In this document: positions 42,305 through 52,297 of the stretch, piece by piece | How positions within the stretch are numbered: the stretch's first letter is position 1 | Layout of the letters: each line of letters begins with the position of its first letter | Assembly (NCBI GenBank): GCA_963697895.1 | Contig: OY969100.1 | Location: 928,001 to 992,000, forward strand | Length of the DNA stretch: 64,000 bases | From: an uncultured Methanomicrobiales archaeon | Lineage (GTDB): Archaea; Halobacteriota; Methanomicrobia; Methanomicrobiales; Methanospirillaceae | Reading direction: 5' to 3' | Program-made: the position numbers and the translations under genes | Notes under the pieces: model-generated | The model's input: only the letters and a program-made list of their open reading frames with translations | The model's database searches: none | Told to the model about the DNA's origin: nothing

Positions 42305-43807
42305 ATGAAAAGGGGATTAATAGCAGGTAGCCTACTTATTTTTCTGTTTATCGGGTTTTGTATGGCGGGCACAGCCGCCCAGGGAACGCAGTTTACGATC
42401 AATGCGACCGCCGGTCAATATGGCAGCATCTCGCCATCCGGCGACGTGCAGGTCGCGCAAGGGGCAAACCAGACCTTCGTTCTCACACCCGACCCCGACC
42501 AGCTGAACTGCTGGGGCGCCGGGAAGTTCTTCGTCGTCTGGAATCTCACCGTCGACGGAGCGCCGGTGGATATCGGACCGCCATCTTCCCAGCCCGTCAA
42601 CTATTCCTTCACCGATGTGGAATCGAACCATACCATCCATGCAGAATTCACGTACGCACTCGTCAACGCAAAACCCACGGTGCAGATCATGGCGGACCCG
42701 ACGTCGGGAACGGCACCCCTACCGGTGAACTTCTCGTATATGGCGTCAGCCAACTTCAGCAGGGTACTCTGGTCGTTCGGGGATAATTCCACGTCCACCG
42801 AAACAAATCCGCAGCACACGTATCCGGACCCGGGCCAGTACACGGTGAGGTTAACGCTCTACTGCGAAAACAATGACTCCTGGATCGTAGAAGCGCCGGA
42901 CCTGGTCTCAGTCCTGGAGCCGCCCGTCGCTAATTTCACGGCCAACACGACGACCGGATTCCGCCCGCTGACCGTGCAGTTCAACGATACCTCGACCGGC
43001 TCCCCGCCCCTGAACTACTCCTGGGACTTCGGGGACAACACGTTCTCAACCGAACAGAATCCCGTACACACGTACACGTCGGCCGGTACATATCTTGTCA
43101 ACCTGACCGTCAGCAACAGCCTCGGGAACGACACGAAATCCGCCGATCCGCCGATCACCGTAATCGGGCCGATCGGCGGTAACAAGGGGAACTTCCTCGT
43201 CCACTGCAACGTCGACGGGGCGAAGGTCTTCTTCGATGCCGACTTCAAGGGCCTGATCGCGAACGGGACCCTCAACGTATCGGTATTCACGACGGCATCG
43301 CCCTATCGTTCCTACACGGTTTCGAAGGACGGGTACAGTACGTTCATCGCTCCCATCACACATTACCCGGGAAAAGACCAGACGATCGATCTCTACGCAG
43401 TGCTCTCCCCTTCAGCGGCCAAAGTGACGGGATGGGTTGCATCCGGCTCGGATTACGGTCCCTTCTCCGTCGCCGGAGCGAGGGTCCGGATCGCGAAGAA
43501 TGCATCGGACCTGGCGAGCCCGTACACTTCACAGGAGGCGACGACCGATGCCCGGGGGATCTACGCGATCTCCGGCCTGCCCACGGGGGTGCCCCTGTAT
43601 GCCGATGTTCTTTCGCCGGTGAATTTCCCGGTCAGGTACTACGCACGGCCGCTCTCCTTCCAGGTCAACCAGGGCAGCCTGGTCACTGCCTGGAACTCGA
43701 TATCGTTCCCCCGGATACCCGCACTGGTCCGGAACCAGACGGCCCAGGTGAACTTCTTCCTCAAACAGAACCCGAATGGTCTGGCGAATACGGTTATTAT
43801 CGGCTGA
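42305..43807 (+). CDS. Secreted multi-domain PKD protein
   Basis: Signal peptide, beta-repeat domain, two PKD domains (WxFGD), PEGA-like and carboxypeptidase-regulatory-like segments. Confidence 0.82.
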   Translation: MKRGLIAGSLLIFLFIGFCMAGTAAQGTQFTINATAGQYGSISPSGDVQVAQGANQTFVLTPDPDQLNCWGAGKFFVVWNLTVDGAPVDIGPPSSQPVNYSFTDVESNHTIHAEFTYALVNAKPTVQIMADPTSGTAPLPVNFSYMASANFSRVLWSFGDNSTSTETNPQHTYPDPGQYTVRLTLYCENNDSWIVEAPDLVSVLEPPVANFTANTTTGFRPLTVQFNDTSTGSPPLNYSWDFGDNTFSTEQNPVHTYTSAGTYLVNLTVSNSLGNDTKSADPPITVIGPIGGNKGNFLVHCNVDGAKVFFDADFKGLIANGTLNVSVFTTASPYRSYTVSKDGYSTFIAPITHYPGKDQTIDLYAVLSPSAAKVTGWVASGSDYGPFSVAGARVRIAKNASDLASPYTSQEATTDARGIYAISGLPTGVPLYADVLSPVNFPVRYYARPLSFQVNQGSLVTAWNSISFPRIPALVRNQTAQVNFFLKQNPNGLANTVIIG

Positions 43808-44039
43808 AGTCCCTTCTTTTTTCTGTCACCGGGTACTGGACGGATTACCCGTTCAAAAAACCGGCCAATTCATCCGGATCTTTCTGAAACGGATGGGATA
43901 CCATAAGATCACTTCCGCTCACAGACAGGATACCCTGATTGCCGCCCCGGCCCGGATCCCTGTTGCACCTGGTGACCTCCTTTCCGCATCACAAAGGAAT
44001 ATCATCACCACCACGCCAGATCATTGACATCCAAACGTG

Positions 44040-44760
44040 GTGGTCCAAAATCTCTCTCGTCCCGATCCCCCTGCAGATCGTCGCCCTGGTCCGGGAACGA
44101 AACTCCCTCTTCGCATACCCGGTGGAGCGGCTCGCCGGCGTGATAGGGGAGGTCGGGTTTCTTTGCGACCGTTGCGCAAAATGCTGCACCCGGGCGTTCA
44201 ACGGACATGTATTTCTCCTCGATCACGATGTGGCGGTAATCCGTTCCATAGATCCGGACGCGCTGGAACCTGCCCCGCACCCGGAGTTCTGCGACCAGCA
44301 CGGCAGGTTCTATGTCTCGGGGTACGCCCTGCGGACGAAGGGGGATGCTGCGGGCACGTGCTGGTTCCTGGAGGACGGCCGGTGCCGGATCTACGACCGG
44401 CGGTGCTCCATCTGCCGCATCTACCCGTACATGCTCCACCGGGAACCGGACGAGCACGGGAAGGTGGAATGGCGGCAGGTATCCGGGCTCGACGAGCACG
44501 GCGAATATCATGCGGAGATCCCCCCGGAAGAGTGTCTCTCCCTCGCCCGCGAGACGATGGAGTACGAGGACGCGTTCCTCGCGCAGGAGATCGCGTTCCT
44601 CGAGTTCATGGAAGACTACTTTACCCGCCACCATCTCAGGCACGTCCAGAAGGTGTACGATACAACGATGCGGCGGTACTCAAACGGCGAACCGGTCACC
44701 GTCATGGTGTATTATGACGGGAACCTGGAGGAGCGGACGTGCCGGAAAACGATGACATGA
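44040..44760 (+). CDS. YkgJ family CxxCxxCC (Zn/Fe-chelating) protein; start uncertain
   Basis: CDRCAKCC, CWFL..GRCRIY..R..ICRIYP. Confidence 0.8.
44639..44748 (+). repeat. Direct repeat copy 1 (3' end of the YkgJ gene)
   Basis: Matches 47401-47510 with about 10 mismatches in 110 bp (manual alignment). Confidence 0.9.
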
Positions 44761-44869
44761 GTGAGTTGTGTTTTCATTGCGGTCATCGCAAACGGACTGC
44801 CATACAGTTCTGAGGGAACAGGTAACCATAAGCATTGGTGCTGAAAACGTCCTCACCGTTTTATTCTCG

Positions 44870-45487
44870 TCATGAGAGGCCCGACTCAGACTTTTTAAAT
44901 AACCTGCATATATCGGAATCCACCAATGAGAGCCATTCCTTCCGCTCTTCTTCCGAGCTGGTCACCACCACCGAAAACATCCTGCGATGGAACAGAGGAA
45001 CCCCGCAGAAAGAAAAGATACAGGTTTTCCAGAGATTTTCCAGCGGATCGCCAAAGATCACACGTTCCCGTTCCTGCGGCGTATTCGATGTGTTGAAGAC
45101 GAGGGCCACTTTCGCGATCAGGAGCCCCACCGGAACTCCTTCACCGGCGTCGCCGTCCAGGAACCGATAGGCGACACCGGGCCGGATCACCCGGTCTACC
45201 CATCCTTTCAGAATTGCAGGAGGCTGTCCCCACCAGTTGGGGTGGACGATAACGATCCCGTCTGCTTCCGCAATCTCTTCGCAGTGGCGGGAGATGACGG
45301 GATCGAGCGGAGCGTCCCTGGGGATCTCTGTATTGGTCAGGATCGGGTCGAATCGCTCCACGTATAGGTCATGAAAAATTACTGTATGCCCGTTTGCTTT
45401 CAAGGCGACAATCGCGGTCTCCGCGATTGCATGGTTGAAACTTCCTTTGTTCGGATGAGCGAGGATGACGGATATCTTCATTGTCAT
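44870..45487 (-). CDS. NAD(P)H-dependent oxidoreductase (flavodoxin-2 fold)
   Basis: ILAHP..GSFN, HPNWWGQPPAILKGWVDRV. Confidence 0.88.
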   Translation of the reverse strand: MTMKISVILAHPNKGSFNHAIAETAIVALKANGHTVIFHDLYVERFDPILTNTEIPRDAPLDPVISRHCEEIAEADGIVIVHPNWWGQPPAILKGWVDRVIRPGVAYRFLDGDAGEGVPVGLLIAKVALVFNTSNTPQERERVIFGDPLENLWKTCIFSFCGVPLFHRRMFSVVVTSSEEERKEWLSLVDSDICRLFKKSESGLS

Positions 45488-45859
45488 ATCACTTCACGCT
45501 GATCCTTATAAGGACGTGGAATAAAACCACGCTGTCGGGTTCCAGGGTCCGATAATACCCGTTTCTTAAAAATCCGGCTGAAGATAAGGAACGGGATAAT
45601 GAACCGATCGATGAGGATTGGCAATGCAACAGGGAAAAGATCAAGGGAACCTGAATACAATTTTTTTCAGGATTCGCGATGACTGTTCCCTTTGCACTTC
45701 GTTTATCGAAGAGATCGTCCCGCTATTTTCATCTCCCTCATCGGGAGCTGTGAATTTTTTCCCCTGATGGATGCCCCGAACAAATTTTCCCCGGAGGGGT
45801 ACAGGATTATCCTTCTGTTTTTTTCTAAAAAATAATAAAGTATATATATTATAAAAGAT

Positions 45860-45873
45860 GGAAGACTGTTTCC
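45860..45873. promoter_or_regulatory. NrpR operator GGAA-N6-TTCC downstream of a TATA box
   Basis: GGAAGACTGTTTCC following AAAGTATATATATTATA at about 45837-45853, upstream of the P-II genes. Confidence 0.75.
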
Positions 45874-46043
45874 ACAAATTATATTAATAACTATAATCAA
45901 TAGAGTATCGGCGTTCGGTCCCAACCGTAACCGAAAATGCAGAAACTACCGCTCTAAAAAATGTTCTGACCATAATGAGTGGTCAGAGCCGAACAATGTA
46001 CTACCGCGATCGACGGTAAACTCGATCCTGCAAGAGGCTGTCT

Positions 46044-46400
46044 GTGAAATTAATTCGAGCAATTATCAGACCCGAATCCACACAACGGGTGATTGAAGCG
46101 CTGGAGAAAAATAGCATCCATGCCATGACACGGACGAATGTTACCGGGAGGGGCAAGGAGATGGGAATTTCACATGGATCTCTCCGGTATACCGAGATAC
46201 CAAAAGAGATGCTGATGATCGTGCTTCCCGACAGCGATGTGACCAAGGCGGTCAAGGTGATCGAAACATCGGCAAGAACCGGTACAAAGGACAATCCTGC
46301 CGGAGGAAATGTCGGCGATGGAAAGATCTTTGTCTCCGATGTCGAGGAATCGTATACGATCAGAACCGGCGAAAAAATAAGAGAGATCGGACAGGCATGA
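46044..46400 (+). CDS. P-II family protein, NifI1-like
   Basis: MKLIRAIIRP, GRGK, PKEMLMIV, GDGKIFV, YTIRTG. Confidence 0.88.
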   Translation: MKLIRAIIRPESTQRVIEALEKNSIHAMTRTNVTGRGKEMGISHGSLRYTEIPKEMLMIVLPDSDVTKAVKVIETSARTGTKDNPAGGNVGDGKIFVSDVEESYTIRTGEKIREIGQA

Positions 46401-46834
46401 AAGAGATTATTGCAATTATCCGTACCGAATGTGTGGAACCGACAAAGGACGTTCTTGAATCCATCGGTGTAAAGGGGATTACATTTATCAACGGCATCGG
46501 GCGGGGAAGGCAGGGAGGAACAATCCTGACGCCGGATCCGGAGGGCACCCTGCGGCGGAAAGCCGGTGTTCAGATCATGCACCAGCGTGGCATGATCCGT
46601 GATATCGACGATCCAAAATACCACATGCCCGTACAAAAGGAGATCGACCTGGGATTCCTCCCGAAAAAAATGCTCATGATAGTGGTAAATGACGATGAAG
46701 TCTCCCATATTGTCGATGCTCTCATAAAAGTAAACAGGAGCGGGCAGAAGGGTGACGGAAAGATCTTTGTCTGCCCCGTGAATGATGCCATCCGTATAAG
46801 AACCAGAGAACATGGAAATTCGGCACTGTCATAA
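46397..46834 (+). CDS. P-II family protein, NifI2-like with a long T-loop
   Basis: MKEIIAIIR, GRGRQ, FLPKKML, GDGKIFV, AIRIRT; ATGA overlap. Confidence 0.88.
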   Translation: MKEIIAIIRTECVEPTKDVLESIGVKGITFINGIGRGRQGGTILTPDPEGTLRRKAGVQIMHQRGMIRDIDDPKYHMPVQKEIDLGFLPKKMLMIVVNDDEVSHIVDALIKVNRSGQKGDGKIFVCPVNDAIRIRTREHGNSALS

Positions 46835-46904
46835 AAATTCGGCCCAGGGGGATCTTCCCCGGATACAGCCGATCCGCCGGATCCCCTGATTTCACGTATA
46901 TCCT

Positions 46905-47366
46905 ATGCCTGAGTTTACCATCGAACGGGTGAGAGAGGAGACCGTTCCGGAGTTCCTGAATCTGCTCGACCGGCTTGCCGAGTACGAGAGGCTGGATCCG
47001 CCGGATGCGGGTGCCCGGTTACGCCTGAAGGTCGATATAATACAGAATCCCCCGAAATTCGAGGGATATATCGGGAGGCTCGGGGACGGGCCCGTCGGGT
47101 TTGTCACGTTCTTCTTCACGTACTCCACGTTCCTTGCCCGGCCCACCCTGTTCCTGGAAGATCTCTTCGTGCGCGAAGAGTACCGGGGGAACGGGTTTGG
47201 AAAGCGCCTCTTTGAATTCTGCCGGAACGAGGCGAGGGTTCGCGGGTGCGGCCGCATGGACTGGATGGTACTCACGTGGAATAAGCCATCCATACAATTT
47301 TACGAGAAGATCGGGGCCGCCCGAATGGGGTGGTATACGTACCGGCTGGAGCGGGAGCAGTTATGA
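46905..47366 (+). CDS. GNAT acetyltransferase (SSAT-like)
   Basis: LAEYE, LFLEDLFV..EYRGNGFG, WN..SIQFY. Confidence 0.88.
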   Translation: MPEFTIERVREETVPEFLNLLDRLAEYERLDPPDAGARLRLKVDIIQNPPKFEGYIGRLGDGPVGFVTFFFTYSTFLARPTLFLEDLFVREEYRGNGFGKRLFEFCRNEARVRGCGRMDWMVLTWNKPSIQFYEKIGAARMGWYTYRLEREQL

Positions 47367-47376
47367 TGACGTGCGG

Positions 47377-47510
47377 GATTCTTTGCACGCTACGGATTCC
47401 GGCACGTCCAGAAGGTCTACGATACAACGATGTGGCGGTACTCAAATGGCGAACCGGTCACTGTCATGGTGTACTATGACGGGAACCTGGAGGAGTGTGC
47501 ATACCGGAAA
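47377..47510 (+). pseudogene. Remnant second copy of the YkgJ gene 3' end
   Basis: Reads FFARYGFRHVQKVYDTTMWRYSNGEPVTVMVYYDGNLEE versus YFTRHHLRHVQKVYDTTMRRYSNGEPVTVMVYYDGNLEE in the intact gene. Confidence 0.8.
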
Positions 47511-47824
47511 GCGAAGGCGGGGTGTTGAAGGAGAACGTTCGATCGAACGCGGTAGGCCCTTATTTCTTGGTTTTAATAGGGAACGATAGGCGGTTGTCGT
47601 TTTCCCTGAGGGTGTCCCTTTTCAGCCACTCCGATCCGAGGAATGACATTGGCCGGTACATTGTCTGTGACATGAGTCAAGGGGTCTATCGGTTTAACTC
47701 CTCTTTATAAAGATTTTCGAGCATGCGTAATGGAACAAATGCACGAGAAGTATGTGATGATTTGGTAAAAAGAATCGAGAATCAAACGTTGCAATAATTA
47801 AAATTAAGGGGAATAAAAGGCTCT

Positions 47825-50800
47825 TTATGTAAATTGAAGCTTGGTAGATTTTGTAATTCTTTTTACGATATCCGAAACAATTTCTCGTTCTTCTGATTGT
47901 AAATTACTATAATAATAGTTGGTATTCTTGGTCTCGATTATTTTAATAGCATCTCTAATTGGTTTAATAAGAATTTCATAATCGTTTCCTTCTACCATAA
48001 CAACTTGATCAATCACACCTTTTACCAGATCGATGTTGTTTAAATCAATTATATTTTTTAGGAAGTCCATAATTATCGATTTTATTTTATCTTCTTCTAA
48101 CTTTGGCTCGATAAGTGTTGATTGCTTCAATAGCAATCTTCCATTATGATAATTACCTGAGTTATATTCATTAAATGCCAATCTGAAATATATTTCATTC
48201 ATATCCTCAACAAAATCTTTATCAAATTTATTTAAATTTGTGCCGATTTTATTAATTTCATTCATTGCTTCTCTATTATTATCAACTGAAATATAAGCTT
48301 CAATTAAACATTTTCTTATGTTTGTTTTAATAAATTCATCGCCTTTTTTTTCGATTTCCTTTTCGGCAACCTGTATACATTCTTCGAATTTTTCAGTCTT
48401 AATAAATAGATCTAACACTTGTAAAAGGGCAAAATCATCATTTGGGTTAATATATAGAACTTTTTTAAATAAATTCAAAGATTCTTCATATTCTTTCAGT
48501 TCTTTTAATATTGATGCTTTTAAAGATAAATATTCAATATTGTCGCGCTCCTTTGCCAATAGATCATTTACTAGGGAATATGCTTCATCATATTCCTGAT
48601 TGTCAAATAAGGCTCTACATTTGTATTTTAATACTGAAATGTTATCTGGATTAATCTTTGTTAATTTGTTAAAAATTTCCACTCCTTCTGAGAATTGCTG
48701 ATTGCAACATAATAATAAACCGTAGATTTCAAGATGGTCAACGTTATCCGGTTCAATTTTTACAGAAAGTTGAATCGATTTTAATGCTTCATCTATTCGT
48801 CTTTGTGCGCAGAGAGCCAGGGCTTTATAATATAAAATATTTGAGTTATTTTTATCAATATTTAAATATTCATTAAAAGTTGAAATTGCTTCATCCATTT
48901 TATTTAATCTTAATAAAGCACGTCCCTTACTTTCCAATGCGATACTATTGGACGGATCAATTTCTAGGATTTGATTGGCTATTTGCAGCGCATCGGAAGG
49001 CTGGTTGATTACTTCGAATATATATGCTTTTACTGCGAGTGCAAATATCTGCTCGGGGTCTCTTGTGATTGAATAATTAATGACTTCTAGTGCCTCCGAA
49101 TTCCTATCGAGTTCTATAAGGGCCAGGCTTTTCGTTGCTAATAAAAAGGGCACTAAATCAGATTTCTCCGAATATTTTTCTAATAATTTTTCACAAAGGA
49201 TAAGAACCTCATTTAGTTTTCGCATTCTTAACAGTACAAGACATTTTCGAGCTAAAAACAATTTATTATCTGAATCGATAACAAGGCAATTCTCAATTAT
49301 TTCCAATGCGTTTTCATCTTGTCTTAGTTCTATTAATGCAATTGATTTTAGATTTAATGCTTCAATATCATTGGGATTAACATTTAATACACGGTCTAAC
49401 GATACCAATGCCTCATCATAATTATGCTCTGAAATCATTATCTGGGCGTCTTGAATTATCTTATTACTAATCTTGATTCCGCTATCTTGCAGGATTTTTA
49501 TGTGACTTTCAGCTTTCTCTAATCCTCCTAATTCGATAATCTTCTGTGTTATCTTGGGGATGTATGAGAGGATACATTCTGCAGGTAATGCTTCAGCATA
49601 GTAGCATACATCCTTAATGACGGAACGATCGCCAGCCTGAAGTAATTCAAATTTTTGTTTAAAATATTCTCTCCTCTCCCTTGGTGTATACCATAGTGTT
49701 AAAAATTCAACAAATAGTGATATCCTTTTTCTTCCAAGCGGTTGTCGCATCTCACGCCAAAATCTAAATAAGCGCTCTCGTACTTCGTAGTACGTTCTTT
49801 TTCTAATCCGATGAGAAATAATATACCTCTCACCCTCGAGTCTACGAAGCTGTGAATTAACTGTTTTAATATCTATTCTAGACTTTTCTGAGATTTCTGT
49901 TGGGGTTAGAGGATTTGGCGAAGATATTATTACATCAAAGATTTTTCTTTTTTGACCACTAAGCATTTGAAATATTTCTTGGTAATAGGGGGTATGCTCA
50001 TCTACCATTTTAAGGAAAATATTTTCAATTTTTTCCAAATCCCCTCGGGTTATTATCTCATAAATCAATATTACGAGTCTTGGACTACCACCGATTAGAT
50101 GAGACAATCCAGTAATTTTTGAGTTTAATTGCCTTTGATTTTTTATGAAATCTTCATTCCCTTCAATGAGGGCAATTCTTTTCATCAGCTCTAAAATATC
50201 TTTCTTTTGTAATTCCTTAAGGTAAAACACCTGGAAAAAATTATAGAATGGTTCTTCATGATTTGATATTGCGGGAAAAATAATCGGTGCGGATGCAATG
50301 ATTGAAATGTTATTGGTTTCTTGAAACACAGATCTTAATTTCTGAAGTTCATTTCTATCTAATTGCCTGAACAATTCATGCAGATTTTCAATAAAAATAA
50401 AAAATTCTTTATCCTCCTGAAGGGAAATTTCATTTATTCTTTGAACAGCCGCATTGAAAATTGAATTTTCATCCTTTAATTTCAAAAGATCGGTTATATC
50501 TTCCTCATATAGTTCCAGTATTCGCAGAAAGAAATCCGATGCATTAATTATTGAATATTCTTCTTCAGAAAATTTAACTGGGATTACTTCTGATCCAAGT
50601 CCTTTCATTAGTTCATAATAGATTAGAGTCATGAAATGGGATTTCCCAATCCCTCTGGGACCAACTAATAGGAAAAATCGTGTTGTTTTATTGCGAACTG
50701 ATGTTTTTATTTCACCCATTATGTTTGAAAATAGTTTGTCTCTTCCCACAAATAGGTCATATAAATCCTGTTCTTTCATATTCTCTGGAGAATAGCGATA

Positions 50801-50827
50801 GAAAATTACATCCTTAGATGCTGGCAT
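47825..50827 (-). CDS. STAND-like NTPase with winged helix and long TPR array
   Basis: FVGR, GPRGIGKS Walker A, IFIEN Walker B, GGSPR, wHTH (TPTEIS..TVNSQLRRL), about 11-12 TPR-like units. Confidence 0.85.
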   Translation of the reverse strand: MPASKDVIFYRYSPENMKEQDLYDLFVGRDKLFSNIMGEIKTSVRNKTTRFFLLVGPRGIGKSHFMTLIYYELMKGLGSEVIPVKFSEEEYSIINASDFFLRILELYEEDITDLLKLKDENSIFNAAVQRINEISLQEDKEFFIFIENLHELFRQLDRNELQKLRSVFQETNNISIIASAPIIFPAISNHEEPFYNFFQVFYLKELQKKDILELMKRIALIEGNEDFIKNQRQLNSKITGLSHLIGGSPRLVILIYEIITRGDLEKIENIFLKMVDEHTPYYQEIFQMLSGQKRKIFDVIISSPNPLTPTEISEKSRIDIKTVNSQLRRLEGERYIISHRIRKRTYYEVRERLFRFWREMRQPLGRKRISLFVEFLTLWYTPRERREYFKQKFELLQAGDRSVIKDVCYYAEALPAECILSYIPKITQKIIELGGLEKAESHIKILQDSGIKISNKIIQDAQIMISEHNYDEALVSLDRVLNVNPNDIEALNLKSIALIELRQDENALEIIENCLVIDSDNKLFLARKCLVLLRMRKLNEVLILCEKLLEKYSEKSDLVPFLLATKSLALIELDRNSEALEVINYSITRDPEQIFALAVKAYIFEVINQPSDALQIANQILEIDPSNSIALESKGRALLRLNKMDEAISTFNEYLNIDKNNSNILYYKALALCAQRRIDEALKSIQLSVKIEPDNVDHLEIYGLLLCCNQQFSEGVEIFNKLTKINPDNISVLKYKCRALFDNQEYDEAYSLVNDLLAKERDNIEYLSLKASILKELKEYEESLNLFKKVLYINPNDDFALLQVLDLFIKTEKFEECIQVAEKEIEKKGDEFIKTNIRKCLIEAYISVDNNREAMNEINKIGTNLNKFDKDFVEDMNEIYFRLAFNEYNSGNYHNGRLLLKQSTLIEPKLEEDKIKSIIMDFLKNIIDLNNIDLVKGVIDQVVMVEGNDYEILIKPIRDAIKIIETKNTNYYYSNLQSEEREIVSDIVKRITKSTKLQFT

Positions 50828-51998
50828 GATATTTCCTCCAATAATCTTTGAGCATTTTGGAATAAAATCTTAAATTGTCGTTTTTCACTTTTTCAATATA
50901 GAAATCATTACTTAATTCTGAAATCAAATTATTAAATGCATCAGGGTCATTTTCTCCAGTTTCGGATAAAAAAACTCCAAAAGCAAGATGCATCGGGTAA
51001 TCTGACACTTTCGAGATTTCACTTAAGACTAACAAAATTGCATTCCTATATTTCGTGCGGTAATAATCATTTATTCGACGATAATAGTGTTCAAAATAAT
51101 GGATACCTTCAGCTCCAAGAATACGATTTTCATATATAGCAACGATTTCCTCTTCATTAATATCACGTTCATAGATTTCAAATTCTTCAGTAACTGCACT
51201 TAGCATTATCATTAAAAAATATGGAATGTACGGCAACCCAATACATTGAAGAATAGTTTTCCCTAGGTTTTCAGAATAATAGATGCCTTTTTCTTTAAAA
51301 ACCTGATAAATGATGTTTAAAGCGACAGATTCTTCGAAACCCTCTACTTTCACCCTTTTAACATCGTTAAGAACCGCGACACCACCCAAATCCCTTATCG
51401 TACTATCGATGCTAACTGAACCGGCTAACACAAATTTTAAATTTAGATTTGTTTGGCGAATTCCTCTAAACCAATTTAAAAATTTATTTGCATCAGTTTT
51501 TTGCATTTTTTGTATAGCTATAGGAAATTCATCCATTAAGATTACAACATCGCTATCGATTTCTCTAACTAATTTGGAAATTTCAAGTGCTTTCGCACGC
51601 CATACTTTATCAATATCTTCCTCTTTATTGTCTCGTAATTTGGCATTAAAGTCAGATAAACCGATTTCTTGAATATTTTCTTTTATTATTGATGGTGTCC
51701 TTTTTAATGAAGATAAGATTTTAGTTTTTCGACTAATAAATTTGCTTTCAGTAATTGCCATTATTAATTCTGTTATTAATTCCAAAGGCGTTGTAACACG
51801 TTCAACATCGATAAAAATACACGGGATCTTTTTCTCTTGTAAATCGGTCTCAACTTTTCGCATTATTGAGGTTTTACCAAATCGTCTTGGGGAAACTAAT
51901 AATATACTGTTTTTTTCTAGAAGACTCTCAATATGAAGCACCAATTTTTCTCTATCAATAAAATCAACGCCTGTTGCGGGACTCCCTACTGGAAACAT
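50814..51998 (-). CDS. STAND/archaeal-ATPase-like P-loop NTPase
   Basis: FIDRE, SPRRFGKTS, ILMDEFP, FVLAGS; 14-bp overlap with the TPR gene. Confidence 0.85.
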   Translation of the reverse strand: MFPVGSPATGVDFIDREKLVLHIESLLEKNSILLVSPRRFGKTSIMRKVETDLQEKKIPCIFIDVERVTTPLELITELIMAITESKFISRKTKILSSLKRTPSIIKENIQEIGLSDFNAKLRDNKEEDIDKVWRAKALEISKLVREIDSDVVILMDEFPIAIQKMQKTDANKFLNWFRGIRQTNLNLKFVLAGSVSIDSTIRDLGGVAVLNDVKRVKVEGFEESVALNIIYQVFKEKGIYYSENLGKTILQCIGLPYIPYFLMIMLSAVTEEFEIYERDINEEEIVAIYENRILGAEGIHYFEHYYRRINDYYRTKYRNAILLVLSEISKVSDYPMHLAFGVFLSETGENDPDAFNNLISELSNDFYIEKVKNDNLRFYSKMLKDYWRKYHASI

Positions 51999-52297
51999 AA
52001 ATCGTCAATTTATTTGTATAACGTTTATGTTATATAACAATTTTGTTATCTATTACCTTCGGAAGGGGCGAAAGAGGAATTTTGACATTTAACAAAATGA
52101 AAGATCAAATTTGCTCATAGAACTTATGCCTGAGTAGGTATTTTTTTTGAAATCTTTTCCATATAATTTTCTCGAAAGAAATTACATGTACAGTAAAAAC
52201 TCCCCTTATCCCGGGGGTTCTCTACGATAAAAGGGATAAAAATTTCTTTTTCATAAAAGCTTCAAACGAACCGAAAAATCCCAAAGATTCCCCTCCC

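Larger units (their letters stand above)
47700..52290. mobile_element. AT-rich, probably horizontally acquired island; no integrase or transposase seen
   Basis: Abrupt shift to roughly 30% GC (by eye) from GC-rich flanks. Confidence 0.7.

Noticed and set aside
47660-47700. Possible IS terminal repeat at the island's left edge
   Set aside because: No matching inverted repeat or transposase was found at the other edge.
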